Positions 11,664 to 20,558 of a stretch of DNA of 64,000 bases are shown piece after piece. Numbering within the stretch: the stretch's first letter is position 1; each line of letters opens with the position of its first letter. Under the pieces are notes generated by a model. That model was not told the DNA's origin, did not search any database, and saw only the letters and a list, made by a program, of their open reading frames with translations. The stretch is taken from positions 343,648-407,647 of the forward strand of contig CAVOWX010000002.1 of assembly GCA_963700265.1 (NCBI GenBank), in the 5' to 3' direction. Position numbers and translations under genes: made by a program. Source of the DNA: an uncultured Acidimicrobiaceae bacterium (GTDB lineage Bacteria; Actinomycetota; Acidimicrobiia; Acidimicrobiales; Ilumatobacteraceae).

Positions 11664-12885
11664 CCGCTGGCTCCAACTCCTCCGACCACGGTTGCGCGAC
11701 ATGCTCGAAGTACTCGAGCATCTCCTCGGCCTGACGGGTGTGGATATTGACGAAACCGACCACCAGGACATGTGTCGTCGGCATCTGGACGACCATCCGG
11801 TCGATGATCTGATCCTGGGTGTACGAGTGCTCATCACCGAGGTTCAAGATGTGATCCGGGTTGTAGCCGTTCTGCTTGAGACGATCCGTGACCAGCCCTT
11901 CGTAGGCACCAAAGGTGACCAGCCGGTCGAACTGGAGGTCTCTGACGCCCACGTCTGCGAACTGGAGGGCCCGACGCTCGCGGTCCGATCGGTTGTTCAA
12001 GATCCCGACCACGGTGGTCTGGTCGGTCGTGAACGGATCGAGCTTTGTCATGGCGGCGATCATCGACTCGCGGTCGTTGACGGCGAACAGGTTGGCCCAG
12101 GTCACCTTCTTGTCGGCGATGCTGAGCTCCTTGATGCGAAGCACGCCGGGATCCGGCTCCGCCCGCACCATGCCACGGATGGCAACATCGCGTGGAATGC
12201 CGATGATGTCGGCGATCGACAACGCGATCGTCACGTTCTCCTTGAACGAGATGTAGTCGAACTGAAGGTTCTCGTCGTCGGTGACGCGATCCGGGTCTGC
12301 GACGACGAGCCGTGAGCCTTTCGACCGAGCGACCTCCTCCATGATCTCGAGGATTCCGGGATTCTGCTCCGATGTCACGAGAATCCCGTTCACCGGGCAC
12401 GTCGACAGCAGCGATCGGGCGATCTCGGGCAGCGTCTCACCCATCACGTCCTGGTGGTCTTCGCGGACGTTCGTGAGCACACCGATGTTGGAGCGCACGA
12501 TCATCCGCTCGGACACTTCTTGGTATTCGGGCTTCAAAGCCATGCATTCGATGACGAGTGCACCGACATCGGGCATGACGTATTCACGCGCCACGTCGAT
12601 CTGCTCGAGGATGGTCGCCGGCCCCCTCCGATCGATCGGCTCGTCGACGCCGTCTCGGTTGATGACCGCAGCGAAGGTTCCTGTCGATTTGGCGACGGTG
12701 ACGAGTCCGTGCTCGCGCAACATGCCCGCGATGATGCGGGTGACCGTGGACTTACCGCGGATCCCGTTGACGTGGACACGCCAAACGAGACCATCGATAC
12801 GACGACGGTGAGCGAGAAACTCGAATCTCCAGCGGAGAATCAACGTGGCGCTCACCGCTAAGCCGGCAAACACTATGAGAGGCAC
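11656..12885 (-). CDS. capB: Poly-gamma-glutamate synthase CapB/PgsB (Mur-ligase-like)
   Basis: VHVNGIRGKSTVTR, AKSTG, VIECMAL, TNVREDHQDVMG, PDPG, NLFAVND, NNRSDR; N-terminal TM anchor. Confidence 0.92.
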   Translation of the reverse strand: MPLIVFAGLAVSATLILRWRFEFLAHRRRIDGLVWRVHVNGIRGKSTVTRIIAGMLREHGLVTVAKSTGTFAAVINRDGVDEPIDRRGPATILEQIDVAREYVMPDVGALVIECMALKPEYQEVSERMIVRSNIGVLTNVREDHQDVMGETLPEIARSLLSTCPVNGILVTSEQNPGILEIMEEVARSKGSRLVVADPDRVTDDENLQFDYISFKENVTIALSIADIIGIPRDVAIRGMVRAEPDPGVLRIKELSIADKKVTWANLFAVNDRESMIAAMTKLDPFTTDQTTVVGILNNRSDRERRALQFADVGVRDLQFDRLVTFGAYEGLVTDRLKQNGYNPDHILNLGDEHSYTQDQIIDRMVVQMPTTHVLVVGFVNIHTRQAEEMLEYFEHVAQPWSEELEPADA

Positions 12886-12922
12886 AGTTCATGATCGGAA
12901 ATTGCATGCGATATCTTGAGAG

Positions 12923-12937
12923 TATCTCTATGAGATA
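12923..12937. promoter_or_regulatory. Inverted repeat TATCTC-TAT-GAGATA in the AT-rich region upstream of capB (candidate operator)
   Basis: Perfect 6-bp arms within an AT-rich patch about 40 bp upstream of the capB start. Confidence 0.35.
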
Positions 12938-13178
12938 ACAGTCGGATACTCGACGTCCGCCCGACCCCACTGGCGCGTTGGCGATCGATCTCGCTGGCTG
13001 GCCGAAGCCGCTGCATTGATAGCAGCCTGTGGGGTCCGCGGTGTGGCGGCGCAATCTGATCTGGCCATTGGCGGCCGATATGACGGCACTCCGGTTGTCG
13101 AAAGCGGTGACCTGAGGGCCGGCGAGGTGGCGCCCGGCTGACGGGACTCGCCGCCGGGCGGCAAGCTAGGTTCACCGC

Positions 13179-14588
13179 ATGTCTGATCGCGCAGCGACTT
13201 TGGGTGAGCTTCGAGGATCTGGATGGGTCTCCCGTCCGGTGAAGGAGGAGATCCGCGCCAATGCAGTCGCCAAGATCAGCGCCGGCGAGGCACTGTTCGA
13301 CGGCGTGGTCGGGTACGAGAACACGGTCATGCCGCAACTCGAGAACGCTCTGCTGGCCGGCCATGACGTGATCTTCCTGGGCGAGCGCGGCCAGGCCAAG
13401 ACGCGGATGATCCGCTCGCTCACCGGTCTGCTCGACGAGTGGATGCCGATCGTCGCCGGCAGCGAGATCAACGACGATCCGTACGCCCCGGTTTCGAGGC
13501 ACGCCCGCGACCTGGTCGACGAGATGGGCGACGACACGCCGATCAGCTGGGTCCACCGCGACTCCCGATACGGCGAGAAGCTGGCAACGCCCGACACCTC
13601 GATCTCCGACCTGATCGGCGAGGTCGACCCGATCAAGGTCGCCGAGGGTCGCTACCTGTCCGACGAGTTGACCCTCCACTACGGCCTGGTGCCGCGCACC
13701 AACCGTGGCATCTTCGCCATCAACGAACTCCCCGACCTGGCCGAGCGCATCCAGGTCGGCATGCTCAACGTGCTCGAAGAGCGAGACGTGCAGATCCGCG
13801 GCTACAAGATTCGGCTCCCGCTCGACGTCATGCTGGTCGCCTCCGCCAACCCGGAGGACTACACCAACCGCGGCCGCATCATCACCCCGCTCAAGGATCG
13901 CTTCGGTTCCCAGATCCGCACTCACTACCCACTCGACGCCGAACTCGAGTATCAGATCATGGTGCAGGAGGCTCGCCCGCTGTCGATCGGCGAATCGGTC
14001 GGCGTGACGGTGCCTGCCTACCTCGGTGAGGTCGTCGCCACGTTCAGCCAGTTGGCGAGGGCCAGCAACCACGTCAATCAGCGCAGCGGCGTCAGCGTGC
14101 GTCTGTCGGTGTCGAACTACGAGGCGCTCGCCGCAAACGCCCTGCGGCGCGGCCTGCGAGCCGGAGAACGGGTGGTCGTCGCCCGCGTCGATGATCTCGA
14201 TGCGCTGGCGGCCAGTTCGATCGGCAAGATCGAGATCGAGGCGCTCGAGGACGGCCGCGAGGGAGTCATCTTCGACAACCTCGTGCGCGGCGCTGTGCTG
14301 ACGGTGTTCAAGGATCGTGTCGACCCGTCCCACACCACCCCGATCGTCGACGCCTTCGAAGAGGGGCTGGTGGTGCACACCGGAGAGGACATGACCAGCG
14401 ACCAGTTGGCCGCCTTGGTCGAGCAGGTTCCGGCTCTGCGCCAGCCGGTCGGGGCGCTCACCGACGGCGATCCCTCGGCACCGTCACTGGCGGCGGCCGT
14501 CGAGTTCTTGCTGGAGGGCCTGCACCTCTCCAAACGCCTCAACAAAGACGATTCGGGCACCAGCGCCACCTATCGCGGCCGCCTCTGA
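13179..14588 (+). CDS. AAA+ ATPase of the magnesium chelatase/MoxR-like family (Rv0958-like)
   Basis: Walker A GERGQAKT, FAINELPDL, ASANPEDYTNRGRIITPLKDRF. Confidence 0.88.
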   Translation: MSDRAATLGELRGSGWVSRPVKEEIRANAVAKISAGEALFDGVVGYENTVMPQLENALLAGHDVIFLGERGQAKTRMIRSLTGLLDEWMPIVAGSEINDDPYAPVSRHARDLVDEMGDDTPISWVHRDSRYGEKLATPDTSISDLIGEVDPIKVAEGRYLSDELTLHYGLVPRTNRGIFAINELPDLAERIQVGMLNVLEERDVQIRGYKIRLPLDVMLVASANPEDYTNRGRIITPLKDRFGSQIRTHYPLDAELEYQIMVQEARPLSIGESVGVTVPAYLGEVVATFSQLARASNHVNQRSGVSVRLSVSNYEALAANALRRGLRAGERVVVARVDDLDALAASSIGKIEIEALEDGREGVIFDNLVRGAVLTVFKDRVDPSHTTPIVDAFEEGLVVHTGEDMTSDQLAALVEQVPALRQPVGALTDGDPSAPSLAAAVEFLLEGLHLSKRLNKDDSGTSATYRGRL

Positions 14589-14642
14589 TCCGGAAGTTGA
14601 CCCGAGCACGTTCCGCCTGAGTCGGCCCAGCTCTCGGGCAGA

Positions 14643-14671
14643 TTTCACTCAAACTGGACCTTGCGTTCACG
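14643..14671 (+). promoter_or_regulatory. Degenerate PHO-box-like 11-bp-period repeats upstream of the secreted phosphatase
   Basis: TTTCACT (14643), CTGGACC (14654) and GTTCACG (14665) at exact 11-nt spacing. Confidence 0.35.
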
Positions 14672-14745
14672 GCGACGCCGGATCCCTTCAACCGTGCTGC
14701 GCGCACAATGGGACGTTCCTTCCCGCTCTGACGCAAGGAGTACCC

Positions 14746-16035
14746 ATGCTGCGCCGCCACATCCTGCGATCCACCACGATCGTGCTCGTCCTCGTCTCGG
14801 CGGGAGCCGTCACCGGCACGGCCCGTGCTGACGACGGCCACCACGGCTCGGATGGCCATCACGGTCACGGTCACGGTCACGGTCACGGGCACCGCGATCG
14901 CGATTCGGTCCGGTTCGCGACGTTCAACGCCTCGCTCAATCGCAACAACGCGGGTGACCTTGCCGCCGAACTGGCGACGCCAGGCAGCGCGCAACCGGCC
15001 GCAGTCGCGGAGATCATCCAGAACGCCCGCCCCGAGGTCCTCCTGATCAACGAGTTCGACTACGACCCAGCGGCGCTCGAGTTGTTCCAGGCCAACTACC
15101 TGGAGGTCGGCCAGAACGGCGCCGACCCGATCCACTACGACTTCTCCTTCATCGCGCCCTCGAATACCGGCGTCTACTCGGGGTTCGACTACGACAACTC
15201 CGGCACGGCAGGCGACTTCGTGCCCAACGACTCGTATGGATTCGGCTTCTTCCCCGGCCAGTTCGGCATGGCGGTACTCTCGATGTACCCGATCGACCTC
15301 GACGACGTGCGCACGTTCCAGAACTTCGCTTGGAAGGACATGCCCGGCGCCCTGCTCCCCGACGACGTGGCCACGCCCGAACCCGGCGATTGGTACACGC
15401 CCGGCCCCGAGCTCGACTCGTTCCGGCTCTCCTCGAAGAGTCACTGGGACGTCCCGATCGAGATCGGCCGCCGCACCGTCCACTTCCTCGTCAGTCACCC
15501 GACCCCACCGGTGTTCGACGGCGCCGAGGACCGCAACGGCACACGAAACCACGACGAGATCCGCTTCTGGGCCGACTACATCGGGCCCGGCAAGAAGGCA
15601 GGCCGGTACATCTACGACGACAACGGTGTGCACGGTGGTCTGCGGCCCGGCGCCGACTTCGTGATCGCCGGTGACCTCAACTCCGACCCGCTCGACGGCG
15701 ACAGCATCCCCGGCTCGACACAGCAGCTCATCGACCACCCACTCGTCAACACCAAGGTGACGCCGTCGAGTCCTGGGGCTGTCGAGCAGGCCGCTCTCCA
15801 AGGCGGTGCCAACGAGACCCACCTGTCCGATCCTCGGTACGACACCGCCGACTTCGCCGACGGCGCCCCGGGCAACCTGCGAGCCGACTACGTCCTGCCC
15901 CGCAAGAACCTCAAGATCACGGACGCCGGTGTCTACTGGCCGCTCAGCTCCGACCCGGCCTTCGGTCCCGTCGGCACGTTCCCATTCCCGTCGAGCGACC
16001 ACCGCCTCGTGTGGATCGACATCAAGACCAAATGA
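14746..16035 (+). CDS. Secreted endonuclease/exonuclease/phosphatase family protein (phytase-associated type) with His-Gly tract
   Basis: ATFNASL, LLINEFD, SSKSHWD, HPTPPVFDG, GDLNSD, RADYVLP, SDHRLVW; signal peptide with RR. Confidence 0.85.
   Translation: MLRRHILRSTTIVLVLVSAGAVTGTARADDGHHGSDGHHGHGHGHGHGHRDRDSVRFATFNASLNRNNAGDLAAELATPGSAQPAAVAEIIQNARPEVLLINEFDYDPAALELFQANYLEVGQNGADPIHYDFSFIAPSNTGVYSGFDYDNSGTAGDFVPNDSYGFGFFPGQFGMAVLSMYPIDLDDVRTFQNFAWKDMPGALLPDDVATPEPGDWYTPGPELDSFRLSSKSHWDVPIEIGRRTVHFLVSHPTPPVFDGAEDRNGTRNHDEIRFWADYIGPGKKAGRYIYDDNGVHGGLRPGADFVIAGDLNSDPLDGDSIPGSTQQLIDHPLVNTKVTPSSPGAVEQAALQGGANETHLSDPRYDTADFADGAPGNLRADYVLPRKNLKITDAGVYWPLSSDPAFGPVGTFPFPSSDHRLVWIDIKTK
14860..14892 (+). 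repeat. (CACGGT)n hexamer tandem repeat encoding (HG)n
   Basis: cacggt x4, then cacggg and cac. Confidence 0.85.
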
Positions 16036-16111
16036 CCCGTCGCCGCACGGCGAGCAGGCGTCCGTCGTCTTCGGGTGCTGGCAGGATTCCGAGTTCGTTG
16101 GATGCCTGCGA

Positions 16112-16663
16112 TCAGATGAACGAGTTGCGAGTCCAGAGATCGCTGTCGTCGTCGTGAGGGGCCGCAGTCGGCGGAGCGCCAATCAAACAGACCACACCGA
16201 TGCGTCCCGGGAACCCGCGCAACTCGATCTCGCCGAAGTGTTCGGCGGTGACGCCCTCCGGGAGCCGTTCGAGTTGCATCGTCGGCATCATCACGGCGCC
16301 CTGTTTGGCGTTGTCGCACAGGCGTGACGCCATGTTCACGGCGGACCCGATGTAGTCGTCGCCTTCGAACAGCAAGGCGTGGCCGGAAGCCAGCCCGGCC
16401 CGCAGCGTCAGCGGAGCGCACACGTGGGCGGCTCGGTCGGCCAGATCAGTGACGAACTCGATGCCGGCCTGTTGCTCGACGGCGACCACCATGCAACCGT
16501 CGCCGAGCCACTTGGCGACTCGTACACCGCGTTCGGAGGCGACTTCGCGGACCAGGGTTCGGAACGTGCCGAGAAGACGGCCGGCGGCGTCATCGCCGAA
16601 TGCGGCGGTGTAGTTCGTGAACCCCGACAGGTCGAGGAAGATGAAGGTCCTCGGCACTCTCAC
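16112..16663 (-). CDS. Stand-alone class III adenylate/guanylate cyclase domain protein
   Basis: FLDLSGFT, KWLGDG, DYIGSAVNMASRL, ELRGF. Confidence 0.88.
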   Translation of the reverse strand: MRVPRTFIFLDLSGFTNYTAAFGDDAAGRLLGTFRTLVREVASERGVRVAKWLGDGCMVVAVEQQAGIEFVTDLADRAAHVCAPLTLRAGLASGHALLFEGDDYIGSAVNMASRLCDNAKQGAVMMPTMQLERLPEGVTAEHFGEIELRGFPGRIGVVCLIGAPPTAAPHDDDSDLWTRNSFI

Positions 16664-16725
16664 AGCCCCATCGTACGTTCGACCCTGACGACAAACCTTG
16701 GACCCTGCTGCGTTACGTTTGTCAC

Positions 16726-18732
16726 ATGGCAGCCCGCTTCACCTACTCGCGGTGGGACGGCACCCAACGCGGCTTCGATCTCGACGCCGACTTATTGTTC
16801 GACCAGCTCACCGACGAACTGCTGTATCACGGCGACGTCAACGCCGCCCTGCGGCGGATGATGCAAGACGGCATGCGAGGCCCCGACGGTGAACGCCTCG
16901 ATGGTCTGCGTGAGATGTTGGAGCGACTGCGTCAGGAGCGTGAGAAGCGGCTCGAGCAGTCGAATCTGGGCGGTGTCTACGACGAGATCTCCGACGAACT
17001 CGACGACATCATCGACGAGGAACGCCACGCCATCGAGAACGCAGTTCGAGCCGCCGAGGCGAGCGGCGACGACCGTCGCAGCGATGCCGCTCGCAGCACA
17101 GCCGCCGAACGCAACGTCCGGCTCGATCTGATGCCGAACGACTTGGCCGGCAAGGTTCGCGAACTCAGTTCGTACGATTTCGAGTCGGCCGATGCCCAGC
17201 GCCGATTCGAACAGATGATGGACAAGCTGCGCGAGCAGTTGATGCAGCAAGCGGTCGACCGGATGAGCGACGGTATGCAAGGCATGACCGCCGAAGACAT
17301 GGCTCGTATGAAAGACATGCTGGCTGCCCTCAACGAGATGCTCGAAAAGCACCAGCGTGGCGAAGACCCTGGGTTCGAGCAGTTCATGGACGAGTTCGGT
17401 GAGTTCTTCCCCGAGGACCCGCAGAGCGTCGAGGAGTTGCTCGAAGCGATGGCCAAGCGGATGGCCGCCATGCAGGCGATGCTCAATTCGATGTCACCCG
17501 AGCAGCGGGCCCAGCTGCAAGAGCTGTCCCAACAGTTGATGTCGGACATGGACCTGCAGTGGCAGATGGACCAACTCGGCTCGAACCTGCAGCAGATGTT
17601 TCCGCAGCTGAACTGGGGCCAGTCGTACGACTTCGAGGGGCAAGACCCGATGGGCATGTCTCAGGCGATGCAGGCGATGGCCGACATGGGCGATCTCGAT
17701 CAACTCGAACACCTACTCCAGAACGCAACCAATCCGGGTGCCCTCGCCGAAGCCGACATGGACCGGGTTCGTGACCTGCTCGGCGACGATGCAGCGAAAT
17801 CGCTCGAGCGTCTCAGCCAACTCACCAAGATGCTCGAGGAGGCTGGCCTGATCGAGAACAAGGAGGGCCGCCTGGAGCTGACACCGCGAGGCCTGAGGGC
17901 GATCGGTTCGAACGCCTTGCGCGACCTGTTCACCAAGCTCACCAAAGAGCACGTCGGGCAGCACCAGACCCACCAGATCGGCCAGGGCCACGAACGCACC
18001 TATCAGACCAAGCAATACGAGTTCGGTGACCCGTTCCAGCTCGATCTGCACCGCACGATCCGAAACGCGCTCGGTCGCGTCGGCCAGGGCACGCCCGTCA
18101 AACTCCAACCGGACGACTTCGAGATCGAACGCACCGAACACCTCACCAGGTCATCGACCGTGCTGATGCTGGACTTGTCGATGTCGATGCCGATGCGCGA
18201 CAACTTCCTGCCGGCCAAGAAGGTGGCGATGGCGTTGCATCATCTGATCTCGTCTCAATTCCCGCGCGACTATCTCGGCCTGGTCGGTTTCAGCGAAACG
18301 GCTCGCGTCATCACCGCCAGTCAGTTGCCAGAGGTGTCCTGGGACTTCGTGTACGGCACCAACATGCACCACGGCTTCACGCTCGCCCGCCAGTTGCTCT
18401 CGAAGCAGACGGGCACGAAGCAGATCATCATGATCACCGACGGCGAGCCGACCGCCCATATCACGCCGCAGGGCGACGTCTACTTCAATTACCCGCCGGT
18501 GCGAGAGACGATCGAGGCCACGTTGCGCGAGGTGGTGCGGTGCACGCGTGACCAGATTCGCATCAATACGTTCGTGCTCGATGCCACGACGGCGCTGACG
18601 CAGTTCATCGAGCGGTTGACCGAAATCAATGGTGGGCGGGCGTTCTACACCGACAACGAGTCGCTCGGCGACTATGTGTTGGTCGACTTCCTCGAGCATC
18701 GTCGACGCATGACCCAGCGCCGCGCCGGCTGA
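16726..18732 (+). CDS. vWA domain protein with N-terminal coiled coil (Rv0959-like), partner of the AAA+ ATPase
   Basis: YSRWDGTQ start, MIDAS motif DLSMSM, GTNMHHG, ITDGEPTAH. Confidence 0.87.
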   Translation: MAARFTYSRWDGTQRGFDLDADLLFDQLTDELLYHGDVNAALRRMMQDGMRGPDGERLDGLREMLERLRQEREKRLEQSNLGGVYDEISDELDDIIDEERHAIENAVRAAEASGDDRRSDAARSTAAERNVRLDLMPNDLAGKVRELSSYDFESADAQRRFEQMMDKLREQLMQQAVDRMSDGMQGMTAEDMARMKDMLAALNEMLEKHQRGEDPGFEQFMDEFGEFFPEDPQSVEELLEAMAKRMAAMQAMLNSMSPEQRAQLQELSQQLMSDMDLQWQMDQLGSNLQQMFPQLNWGQSYDFEGQDPMGMSQAMQAMADMGDLDQLEHLLQNATNPGALAEADMDRVRDLLGDDAAKSLERLSQLTKMLEEAGLIENKEGRLELTPRGLRAIGSNALRDLFTKLTKEHVGQHQTHQIGQGHERTYQTKQYEFGDPFQLDLHRTIRNALGRVGQGTPVKLQPDDFEIERTEHLTRSSTVLMLDLSMSMPMRDNFLPAKKVAMALHHLISSQFPRDYLGLVGFSETARVITASQLPEVSWDFVYGTNMHHGFTLARQLLSKQTGTKQIIMITDGEPTAHITPQGDVYFNYPPVRETIEATLREVVRCTRDQIRINTFVLDATTALTQFIERLTEINGGRAFYTDNESLGDYVLVDFLEHRRRMTQRRAG

Positions 18733-18999
18733 TCCGCAGCCGACGAACGGCACGCGGTGGTGTCGGCTGGTGCCCCGCCGAACGGCCCGGACCAACCGCG
18801 CGAGACCCCTGGTCAGACATTCGCGAAATGCACTCTTGCGGGAACCGGGTATGGTATGCGAGAATCACACGCATGTAATTACAACGTCGTCACATCCGTG
18901 GCGACGGATCACGAACGAGATCGGTCAACCGGCTCGCAGCGACGATGTGTCGTTCCGGGCACGAGACCACCGGGCGACCACGGCAGGGGGGCCCTCCAC

Positions 19000-19287
19000 A
19001 TGACACAGAGCTACGACGATATGTTGCAACCGGCTGAACTCGAGGAGAACTGGCAAGACGACGCCAACTGCCTCGGGGTCGACCCCGATCTGTTCTTCCC
19101 AGAACGCGGCGCTTCCACACGCGAGGCCAAAGAGGTGTGCCGCGGTTGCGTGGTTCGCGAGCAGTGCCTGGAGTTTGCTCTGCAGAACGGCGAGAAGTTC
19201 GGGATCTGGGGCGGGCTGTCCGAGCGCGAACGTCGCCGCATCCGCCGCCAACGGGCTCAGGCCGCCCGAAGCATCATCGGCGCCTAG
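19000..19287 (+). CDS. whiB: WhiB family transcriptional regulator (WhiB/WhiB2-like)
   Basis: Four Cys, DPDLFFPERGASTREAKEVC, GIWGGLSERERR. Confidence 0.92.
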   Translation: MTQSYDDMLQPAELEENWQDDANCLGVDPDLFFPERGASTREAKEVCRGCVVREQCLEFALQNGEKFGIWGGLSERERRRIRRQRAQAARSIIGA

Positions 19288-19305
19288 GCAAGTTAGGCTG
19301 TCGTA

Positions 19306-19467
19306 ATGCCCAGTGGTTCCGAATGGATCATCGTCCTCGTCATCGTGCTGCTCGTCTTCGGTGGCTCTCAGCTCCCGAAGTTGGCCAAGAACCTTGGCAA
19401 GGCCCAGAAAGAGTTCAAGGACGGCCTCGCTGAGGGGCTCAAGGACGAAACCGACGACAAGAGCTGA
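19306..19467 (+). CDS. tatA: Twin-arginine translocase TatA/E subunit (53 aa, below the ORF-track cutoff)
   Basis: [41 protein letters not shown]: TM helix, FG hinge, amphipathic helix; TAGGCT -10 box 6 nt upstream. Confidence 0.92.
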   Translation: MPSGSEWIIVLVIVLLVFGGSQLPKLAKNLGKAQKEFKDGLAEGLKDETDDKS

Positions 19468-19566
19468 ACCCGGTGGCCGAGTGCCACCAGCGTTCAGCGA
19501 GTCGTTCGGTCGGCCATCGTCGAGTGACGGCATGCCGACGCCCGGTGGGTGTTTGAATGTCGTTGG

Positions 19567-19842
19567 TCAGTTCCCGGATGCAGCTGCTTCGAGCCTGCGC
19601 CGCTTGAGAATCCGGCGCCGCTCGCGCTCACTGCATTCACCCCAGACGCCGTGCTCGATGCGGTGTTCGAGAGCGTGTTCGAGGCAGGTTTGCTTGACCG
19701 GGCAGCCAGCGCAGATCTTGCGGGCCTTGTCGACCCCGACGCCATCGCTCGGGAAGAACGTGGCGGGTGGATACATGCGGCACAGGCCGTCGGCCATCCA
19801 TGCCGTTGCAGAATCTGGGTCGGGGAGTGGGCTGTTGTTCAT
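19567..19842 (-). CDS. Second WhiB family regulator
   Basis: WMADGLC...FFPSDGVGV..A.KICAGCPVKQTC...HGVWGECSERERR; GGAGG RBS. Confidence 0.9.
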   Translation of the reverse strand: MNNSPLPDPDSATAWMADGLCRMYPPATFFPSDGVGVDKARKICAGCPVKQTCLEHALEHRIEHGVWGECSERERRRILKRRRLEAAASGN

Positions 19843-20266
19843 GGTGTCCGTGCCTCCTGGTGGTCGGGGTGGAGATGTCGAAGACACCGTCACCCGGTTT
19901 GTGCACTTCCCGAACCGTGCGGGTCGTTGAATCGTCTGTCAACTGGTTGTTCTCACTGATTGACGTTCGACGGCTCCGTTTGGTTCCCGCTAGATGGGCG
20001 AGTGTAACGAAACTGTAATGAATTGTCCACCATAGTTCGGAACGGTGGCGGGCATCGATTGGGTTCGTCACCTCTTTGTCATGTTCTTGGCGGTCGATTC
20101 GGGCGCCGGTGACCGGTCTGCTCGCCGCGCCGGGGCGTTTCCACCACAAGCAACCCAGCGGCCGAGCCCAATTCTTCCATGTGATCGGCGGCCGGGCGCA
20201 GACCTGCGTGATGACGAGGTCGTGTCGGCTGATGGGTACCGGGGGCGCGCCGGTACACTCGTCGAA

Positions 20267-20536
20267 ATGTCCGACGTCGTCGAAGAAGCAGCGCCACGAG
20301 CGCACGCCCGCATCGTGTACCTCGGCCCGGTGTCACCGCATTGGGAGATCTACGGCGATTGGGGCGAGCGTCAGACGCTCGACGAGTTCCGTGCACGGGC
20401 GCTGGCGCGACTCGTGCTGTTGCCGCGCGACGACCCCCAGTTCCGACGCAACAAAGAACGCATCAATCGAGACGCCGAGCGCGAATTGATCTCGATCGAG
20501 TGGGAACTCGGCCTGCCCGAAGCCAACCAGGGGTGA
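20267..20536 (+). CDS. Small hypothetical protein upstream of ppk1
   Basis: 89-aa ORF with typical codon usage; TACACT -10 box 7 nt before ATG. Confidence 0.7.
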   Translation: MSDVVEEAAPRAHARIVYLGPVSPHWEIYGDWGERQTLDEFRARALARLVLLPRDDPQFRRNKERINRDAERELISIEWELGLPEANQG

Positions 20537-20558
20537 CGGCGCCGGGCGGCGCACTTCG

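Noticed and set aside
13170-13176. Single GTTCACC before the AAA+ ATPase as a PHO box
   Set aside because: It has no 11-bp partner unit and overlaps the TAGGTT -10 box, so it is probably chance.
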